Below, one piece after another: positions 1 to 4,110 of a stretch of 4,110 bases of DNA; position 1 is the first letter of the stretch; every line of letters begins with the position of its first letter. The stretch covers positions 1 through 4,110 of IMG/VR virus record IMGVR_UViG_2541047932_000006. The stretch is one strand, 5' to 3'. The notes beneath the pieces were generated by a model. That model worked only from the letters and a program-made list of their open reading frames with translations, did no database searches and was not told where the DNA came from. Position numbers and translations under genes: made by a program. Source of the DNA: a virus. Taxonomy: Duplodnaviria; Heunggongvirae; Uroviricota; Caudoviricetes.

Positions 1-648
1 TTTGAGCCGCAGTCAGGCACCCTGAACAGCGTTATTCCACCGGCAGTGCAGCACCTGACGGTGGAGGTGAGCGCGGCTGACGGTCAGTATCTGGCACAGG
101 CGAAATGGGACACGCCGAGGGTGGTGAAGGGCGTGCGCTTCAGTCTGCGCCTGACCAGTGGAAGCGGTGAGAACAGCCGCCTGCTGACCACCGCCATCAC
201 TGCCGATACGGAGCACCGTTTCAGTGGCCTGCCTCTCGGGGAATACACCCTGACGGTCAGGGCGATTAACAGCTATGGCCAGCAGGGCGAACCCGCCACC
301 ACCACCTTCCGGATTAACGCACCGGCAGCGCCTGCCGGTGTTGAACTGACGCCGGGGTATTTTCAGATAACGGCAGTCCCGAAACTGACATTTATGACCC
401 GACGGTGCAGTTTGAGTTCTGGTTTTCGGAGGCAAAAATTGCAGACGCCGCACAGGTGGAAACCTCTGCCCGTTATCTGGGGACCGGCAGTCAGTGGAGT
501 GTATCCGGCCCGCACATTAAGCCCGGGAAGGATTTCTGGTTTTACGTGCGCAGCGTCAACCTGGTGGGGAAATCTGCGTTTGTGGAAGTCAGCGGGCAGC
601 CCAGCAATGATGCAGAAGGGTATCTGGGGCTGTTTCGGGAAAAAATAG
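1..648 (+). CDS. J: Tail-tip host-specificity protein J, internal portion (5'-truncated by the window edge). Frame 1 is open from nt 1 to the stop at 646-648, but J-like sequence in this frame ends at about 390; the remainder to 648 is out-of-frame read-through.
   Basis: Frame 1 has no stop from nt 1. Its translation ([39 protein letters not shown]...[16 protein letters not shown]) matches my recollection of the lambda J region upstream of the C-terminal receptor-binding part. The J-like sequence then continues in frame 3 ([13 protein letters not shown]...), so the frame-1 tail is probably not real protein. Confidence 0.6.
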   Translation, partial: FEPQSGTLNSVIPPAVQHLTVEVSAADGQYLAQAKWDTPRVVKGVRFSLRLTSGSGENSRLLTTAITADTEHRFSGLPLGEYTLTVRAINSYGQQGEPATTTFRINAPAAPAGVELTPGYFQITAVPKLTFMTRRCSLSSGFRRQKLQTPHRWKPLPVIWGPAVSGVYPARTLSPGRISGFTCAASTWWGNLRLWKSAGSPAMMQKGIWGCFGKK

Positions 649-1661
649 GAAAACTGCATCTGGCTCAGGGGCTGTGGGAGCTGATAGACAACAGCCAGCT
701 TGCGGATGAGATGGCGGAGATGAAGACCACCATCACCGAAACCCGCAATGAAATCACACAGACGGTCAGTAAAACGCTGGAGGACCAGAGCGCCACCATA
801 CAGCAGATACAGCGCGTGCAGAAGGACACAAATGATGACCTTGCTGCACTTTACATGCTGAAGGTACAGAAAACAAAAAATGGCATACCCTATGTTGCCG
901 GTATTGGAGCGGGGATTGAGGATACTGATGGCCAGCCCCTGAGCAACATACTGCTGCTGGCTGACCGTATTGCGATGATTAACCCGGAGGACGGCAACAC
1001 CACGCCGTTATTTGTGGCGCAGGGGAATCAGCTGTTCATGAACGATGTGTTCCTGAAGCGGCTGTTTGCGGTGAGTATCACCTCGTCCGGCAATCCCCCG
1101 ACGTTTTCCCTGACGCCGGAGGGCAGGCTGACCGCAAGAAATGCTGATATCAGCGGTAACGTGAATGCGAATTCCGGGACGCTCAACAACGTCACGATTA
1201 ACGAGAACTGTCGGGTTCTGGGAAAACTGTCCGCGAACCAGATTGAAGGCGATCTCGTTAAAACAGTGGGCAAAGCTTTCCCCCGGGATTCCCGTGCACC
1301 GGAGCGGTGGCCATCAGGGACCATTACCGTCAGGGTTTATGACGATCAGCCGTTTGACCGGCAAATTGTTATTCCGGCGGTGGCATTCAGCGGCGCTAAA
1401 CATGAGAGAGAGCATACTGATATTTACTCCTCATGCCGTCTGATAGTGCGGAAAAACGGTGCTGAAATTTATAACCGTACCGCGCTGGATAATACGCTGA
1501 TTTACAGTGGCGTTATTGATATGCCTGCCGGTCATGGTCACATGACGCTGGAGTTTTCGGTGTCAGCATGGCTGGTAAATAACTGGTATCCCACAGCAAG
1601 TATCAGCGATCTGCTGGTTGTGGTGATGAAAAAATCCACAGCAGGTATCAGTATCAGCTGA
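405..1661 (+). CDS. J: Tail-tip host-specificity protein J, C-terminal portion. Frame 3 is open from 345; J-like translation starts at about 393 ([13 protein letters not shown]...), and 405 is only the first in-frame ATG.
   Basis: The 418-aa ORF from the track contains motifs I recall from the lambda J C-terminal region ([63 protein letters not shown], ...KK...GIS at the end). It lies directly upstream of lom, as in lambda. Stop TGA at 1659-1661. Confidence 0.85.
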   Translation: MQFEFWFSEAKIADAAQVETSARYLGTGSQWSVSGPHIKPGKDFWFYVRSVNLVGKSAFVEVSGQPSNDAEGYLGLFREKIGKLHLAQGLWELIDNSQLADEMAEMKTTITETRNEITQTVSKTLEDQSATIQQIQRVQKDTNDDLAALYMLKVQKTKNGIPYVAGIGAGIEDTDGQPLSNILLLADRIAMINPEDGNTTPLFVAQGNQLFMNDVFLKRLFAVSITSSGNPPTFSLTPEGRLTARNADISGNVNANSGTLNNVTINENCRVLGKLSANQIEGDLVKTVGKAFPRDSRAPERWPSGTITVRVYDDQPFDRQIVIPAVAFSGAKHEREHTDIYSSCRLIVRKNGAEIYNRTALDNTLIYSGVIDMPAGHGHMTLEFSVSAWLVNNWYPTASISDLLVVVMKKSTAGISIS

Positions 1662-1677
1662 ATTTTATAACCCAGAA

Positions 1678-1706
1678 CGGGCGTCAGAAATGACGCCTTT
1701 TTTATT
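1678..1706 (+). terminator. Rho-independent terminator downstream of J
   Basis: GC-rich hairpin GGCGTCA(1680-1686) / loop GAAA / TGACGCC(1691-1697), followed directly by TTTTTTATT (1698-1706). Confidence 0.7.
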
Positions 1707-1727
1707 GCAGAAAAGCGAGAGGTAATT

Positions 1728-2327
1728 ATGCGTAAACTTTATGCAGCCATTTTGTCCGCAGCCATTTGTCTGACCGTATCCGGTGCGCCTGCATGGGCGT
1801 CTGAGCAGCAGGCCACGCTGAGCGCGGGGTATCTTCATGCCCGGACGAACGCTCCCGGTAGCGATAATCTTAACGGGATTAACGTGAAATACCGTTATGA
1901 GTTTACGGACACACTGGGGATGGTGACGTCGTTCAGCTATGCAGGAGACAGGAATCGCCAGCTGACCCATTACAGCGATACCCGCTGGCATGAAGATTCC
2001 GTTCGTAACCGCTGGTTCAGCGTAATGGCGGGGCCGTCTGTGCGCGTGAATGAATGGTTCAGCGCGTATGCGATGGCGGGTGTGGCTTACAGCCGTGTGT
2101 CGACTTTCTCCGGGGATTATCTCCGCGTAACTGACAACAAGGGGAAAACGCACGACGTGCTGACCGGAAGTGATGACGGTCGCCACAGCGACACCTCTCT
2201 GGCGTGGGGAGCTGGCGTGCAGTTTAACCCGACCGAATCCGTGGCCATTGATATTGCTTATGAAGGCTCCGGCAGTGGCGACTGGCGCACTGACGGTTTC
2301 ATCGTGGGTGTCGGTTATAAATTCTGA
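1728..2327 (+). CDS. lom: Lom outer-membrane beta-barrel protein (Ail/Lom/OmpX family), a lysogenic-conversion 'moron'
   Basis: 199-aa ORF. RBS GAGAGG at 1717-1722, 5 nt before the ATG. N-terminal signal peptide MRKLYAAILSAAICLTVSGAPAWA|SE. C-terminal aromatic beta-signal ...VGVGYKF. The protein is near-identical to lambda Lom as I recall it. Position between J and stf matches lambda. Confidence 0.92.
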   Translation: MRKLYAAILSAAICLTVSGAPAWASEQQATLSAGYLHARTNAPGSDNLNGINVKYRYEFTDTLGMVTSFSYAGDRNRQLTHYSDTRWHEDSVRNRWFSVMAGPSVRVNEWFSAYAMAGVAYSRVSTFSGDYLRVTDNKGKTHDVLTGSDDGRHSDTSLAWGAGVQFNPTESVAIDIAYEGSGSGDWRTDGFIVGVGYKF

Positions 2328-2353
2328 TTAGCCAGGTAACACAGTGTTATGAC

Positions 2354-2381
2354 AGTCCGCCGGTTCAGGCGGGCTTTTTTG
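2354..2381 (+). terminator. Rho-independent terminator downstream of lom
   Basis: Imperfect hairpin AGTCCGCC(2354-2361) / loop GGTTCA / GGCGGGCT(2368-2375) with one mismatch, then a run of six T (2375-2380). Confidence 0.65.
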
Positions 2382-2391
2382 TGAGGTGAAT

Positions 2392-3705
2392 ATGGCAGTA
2401 AAGATTTCAGGTGTACTGAAAGACGGCACAGGAAAACCGGTACAGAACTGCACAATCCAGCTGAAAGCAAAACGTAACAGTACCACGGTGGTGGTGAACA
2501 CGGTGGCCTCTGAAAATCCGGATGAAGCCGGTCGTTACAGCATGGACGTTGAGTACGGTCAGTACAGCGTCATTCTGTTGGTGGAGGGCTTCCCGCCGTC
2601 ACATGCCGGGACCATCACCGTGTATGAAGATTCTCAACCGGGGACGCTGAATGATTTTCTCGGTGCCATGTCGGAGGATGACGTCCGTCCGGAGGCACTG
2701 CGTCGTTTTGAACTGATGGTGGAAGAAGCAGCGCGTCACGCAGAGGAGGCGAAGAAGAATGCCGGAGAAGCAGAGACGTCCGCGAGGAATGCCGGCATAT
2801 CAGCCAGTAAGGCGGAAGCGAGCGCGGCAAATGCTGACACTTCAGCAGGGGATGCATCGGAGTCAGCCCGGCAGGCGGCAGAAAGTGCAGCCGCTGCAAA
2901 GCAGTCAGAGGAGGCGTCCTCGTCCTCGGCCTCTGCGGCCGCTCAAAAAGCCAGTGAGTCATCACAAAGTGCAGCAGAAGCTGAATTGTCAAGAAAGACG
3001 GCAGAAAGTGCAGCCGGTAATGCAGCCAGGGATGCAACGACCGCAGCAGAAAAAGCCCGGGAGTCAGCAGAAAGCGCACAGTCAGCGGAACAAAGCAGGA
3101 TAGCGGCGGAAGAAGCCGTAAACCGAATCCCCACCGTGGTGGGACCTCCCGGGCCAAAGGGGGAACAGGGGCCCGCGGGTCCTCAGGGGCCGAAGGGTGA
3201 TAAGGGAGAGCGCGGAGACACCGGCCCTGTCGGGGCAACCGGCGAACGGGGACCGGCAGGTGATGCTGGTCCGGCAGGCCCGCAGGGGCCGAAAGGTGAC
3301 AGGGGAGAGCGGGGAGAGACCGGTCTGACAGGAAGTACAGGTCCACAGGGTCCAAAGGGAGACACCGGGGCAGCAGGCCCGGCAGGCCCACAGGGACCGA
3401 AAGGAGAAACAGGTGTGGCTGGCCCGGTAGGGGCAACCGGACCTCAGGGACCAAAGGGCGCCCCGGGGGAGACGCAAATACGGTTCCGTCTGGGGCCGGG
3501 AAACATTATTGAGACAAACAGCAATGGCTGGTTCCCGGATACAGATGGCGCACTCATCACCGGACTGACCTTTCTTGACCCCAAAGATGCCACACGGGTT
3601 CAGGGTTTTTTTCAGCATTTGCAGGTCAGGTTTGGTGACGGGCCGTGGCAGGATGTTAAGGGGCTGGATGAAGTGGGCAGTGATACAGGCAGAACAGGAG
3701 AATGA
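2392..3705 (+). CDS. stf: Side tail fibre protein (Stf-like): lambda-type N-terminal domain, Ala/Ser/Glu-rich shaft, collagen-like triple-helix repeat region, short C-terminal tip
   Basis: ATG at 2392 preceded by GAGG (2383-2386); the track's GTG at 2386 is an in-frame alternative. The N-terminus [37 protein letters not shown]...[47 protein letters not shown] matches my recollection of the lambda Stf (orf-401) N-terminus. Residues ~251-361 are 37 consecutive G-X-Y triplets. Stop TGA at 3703-3705. Confidence 0.88.
   Translation: MAVKISGVLKDGTGKPVQNCTIQLKAKRNSTTVVVNTVASENPDEAGRYSMDVEYGQYSVILLVEGFPPSHAGTITVYEDSQPGTLNDFLGAMSEDDVRPEALRRFELMVEEAARHAEEAKKNAGEAETSARNAGISASKAEASAANADTSAGDASESARQAAESAAAAKQSEEASSSSASAAAQKASESSQSAAEAELSRKTAESAAGNAARDATTAAEKARESAESAQSAEQSRIAAEEAVNRIPTVVGPPGPKGEQGPAGPQGPKGDKGERGDTGPVGATGERGPAGDAGPAGPQGPKGDRGERGETGLTGSTGPQGPKGDTGAAGPAGPQGPKGETGVAGPVGATGPQGPKGAPGETQIRFRLGPGNIIETNSNGWFPDTDGALITGLTFLDPKDATRVQGFFQHLQVRFGDGPWQDVKGLDEVGSDTGRTGE
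2722..3129 (+). repeat. Low-complexity Ala/Ser/Glu-rich repetitive shaft segment within stf, with internal DNA direct repeats
   Basis: Translation [133 protein letters not shown] perfect 18-bp direct repeat CGGCAGAAAGTGCAGCCG occurs at 2876-2893 and 2999-3016 (123 bp = 41 codons apart), with a related copy near 3065-3080. Confidence 0.7.
3142..3474 (+). repeat. Collagen-like G-X-Y repeat region: 37 uninterrupted triplets, 333 nt, inside stf
   Basis: Translation [111 protein letters not shown] has Gly at every third residue without exception. GPQGPKG recurs five times. Larger units [11 protein letters not shown](K/R)GERG(D/E)TG recur at 3169-3225 and 3268-3324. Confidence 0.9.
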
Positions 3706-3706
3706 C

Positions 3707-3976
3707 ATGAACATACTAAAAAAACTTATGCAGCGTCTGTGCGGTTGCGGAAAGCATGATGGCCGAGAACACGGGCAGTCGCTTACAGTACAACTGCGAC
3801 TGGGGCCGGCAGACATCCTGGAGTCAGATGAGAATGGTATTATCCCGGAGCAGGACAGGGTAATCACGCAGGTGGTGATACTGGATGCGGATAAAAAGCA
3901 GATACAGTGTGTGGTAAGACCGCTGCAAATCCTGCGTGCTGACGGGAGGTGGGAAAATATTGGCGGAATGAAATAG
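3707..3976 (+). CDS. Small hypothetical protein (89 aa) whose C-terminal ~60 residues are paralogous to the Stf C-terminal tip domain; function unknown (candidate fibre-tip accessory protein, chaperone or alternative tip)
   Basis: ATG at 3707 lies 1 nt after the stf stop (TGAcATG). RBS AGGAG at 3695-3699, 7 nt upstream. Translation MNILKKLMQRLCGCGKHDGREHGQSLTVQLRLGPADILESDENGIIPEQDRVITQVVILDADKKQIQCVVRPLQILRADGRWENIGGMK. It is followed by a strong terminator. The track's longer ORF from 3575 is an out-of-frame overlap with the stf 3' end and is unlikely to be real. Confidence 0.7.
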   Translation: MNILKKLMQRLCGCGKHDGREHGQSLTVQLRLGPADILESDENGIIPEQDRVITQVVILDADKKQIQCVVRPLQILRADGRWENIGGMK

Positions 3977-3990
3977 CCGACAGCTTCACA

Positions 3991-4017
3991 AAACCGGAGT
4001 CCGGCTCCGGTTTTTTG
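3991..4017 (+). terminator. Rho-independent terminator ending the stf / small-ORF transcription unit
   Basis: Perfect 6-bp GC-rich stem CCGGAG(3994-3999) / loop TCCGG / CTCCGG(4005-4010), followed by TTTTTTG (4011-4017). Confidence 0.8.
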
Positions 4018-4030
4018 TTGGTTAGATGTA

Positions 4031-4070
4031 ATCTGACAGATACCTGTATAAATAACCGGTAACTGTCAGG
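4031..4070. promoter_or_regulatory. Imperfect inverted repeat (candidate protein-binding site or operator) in an AT-rich intergenic stretch
   Basis: tCTGACAGaTACC (4032-4044) and GGTAaCTGTCAGg (4058-4070) are reverse complements with two mismatches, flanking an AT-rich centre TGTATAAATAACC. Function not determinable from sequence. Confidence 0.3.
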
Positions 4071-4110
4071 TCAGAGCTAATACAGGTAATTATATTATAA
4101 TCACGAGCGC

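Noticed and set aside
13-659. Minus-strand ORFs 13..453 (146 aa) and 363..659 (98 aa)
   Set aside because: Both are entirely antisense to J coding sequence. Translations are low-complexity (Gly runs, Arg/Pro-rich), typical of spurious antisense frames in GC-rich coding DNA. No RBS context supports them.
1028-1443. ORFs 1028..1324 (minus, 98 aa) and 1165..1443 (plus, alternative frame, 92 aa) inside J
   Set aside because: They are embedded in the J reading frame, which has strong homology support. They have no independent signal and are most likely chance ORFs.
1640-1727. Dedicated sigma-70 promoter for lom in the J-lom intergenic region
   Set aside because: I could not find a convincing -35/-10 pair with correct spacing. 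Candidate hexamers (TGACGC at 1691-1696, TATAAC at 1665-1670) lack partners, so I did not report a promoter feature.
1665-2186. Minus-strand ORF 1665..2186 (173 aa) antisense to lom
   Set aside because: It overlaps almost all of lom on the opposite strand. lom has a clear signal peptide, RBS and family match, and the antisense product is Arg/His-rich with no recognisable features.
2386-2391. GTG at 2386 as the stf start (the track's MNMAVK...)
   Set aside because: The ATG at 2392 gives the N-terminus MAVKISG..., which matches the lambda Stf start as I recall it, and has better spacing from the GAGG at 2383-2386. The GTG would overlap the RBS itself.
3142-3474. Periodic DNA repeat region as a possible CRISPR array or tandem-repeat locus
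   Set aside because: The periodicity is 9 nt and in frame, inside a long ORF, and encodes perfect G-X-Y collagen triplets. It lacks the repeat-spacer architecture with identical 25-40 bp repeats.
3575-3706. Upstream extension of the small ORF to an ATG at 3575 (133-aa version in the ORF track)
   Set aside because: The extension overlaps the stf 3' end out of frame and has no RBS. The internal ATG at 3707 has a good AGGAG 7 nt upstream and lies 1 nt after the stf stop. The tip-like homology lies wholly downstream of 3707.
2615-3867. Minus-strand ORFs 2615..3454 (279 aa), 2943..3134 (63 aa), 3082..3867 (261 aa) and 3183..3365 (60 aa), plus the plus-strand alternative-frame ORF 2759..3103 (114 aa)
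   Set aside because: All overlap stf. Their Pro/Arg/Leu-rich or Cys-rich translations are what the reverse complement or frame-shift of Ala-rich and Gly-Pro-rich codons would produce. The periodic G-X-Y signal is only coherent in the stf frame.
3478-3976. Diversity-generating retroelement (variable repeat at the fibre 3' end plus a downstream template repeat)
   Set aside because: The two homologous segments differ at many positions of all kinds, not mainly at adenine-templated sites. The downstream copy is itself inside a translated ORF with an RBS. No reverse transcriptase or avd-like gene is visible in the window.
3478-4070. Invertible tail-fibre segment (Mu G-segment or e14 P-region type switch of fibre C-termini)
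   Set aside because: The second tip copy is in the same orientation as stf, not inverted. No flanking inverted crossover sites bracket the tip region, and no invertase gene is in the window. The inverted repeat at 4032-4070 is downstream of both copies and too small or misplaced to serve as recombination sites for tip switching.

Overview
This window reads as the tail-fibre end of a lambda-like (lambdoid) phage or prophage late operon, with every supported gene on the + strand. In order: (1) the 3' ~1.66 kb of the tail-tip host-specificity gene J, which is split between two reading frames by an apparent 1-nt loss near 388-393; (2) an intrinsic terminator; (3) lom, an Ail/Lom/OmpX-family outer-membrane protein 'moron', with terminators on both sides; (4) a 437-aa side-tail-fibre gene (stf-like) with a lambda-type N-terminus, an Ala/Ser/Glu-rich shaft, 37 uninterrupted collagen-like G-X-Y triplets and a short C-terminal tip; (5) an 89-aa ORF, translationally coupled to stf, whose C-terminal ~60 residues are a diverged paralogue of the fibre tip; (6) a terminator and an AT-rich stretch carrying an inverted repeat and a consensus TATAAT. 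No tRNA, rRNA, CRISPR array, integrase or transposase is visible, and no lambda-type tfa gene follows stf. Family assignments rest on my recall of lambda J, Lom and Stf sequences, not on a database search. The most interesting element is the small tip-paralogue ORF, which I cannot assign to any family I recognise.
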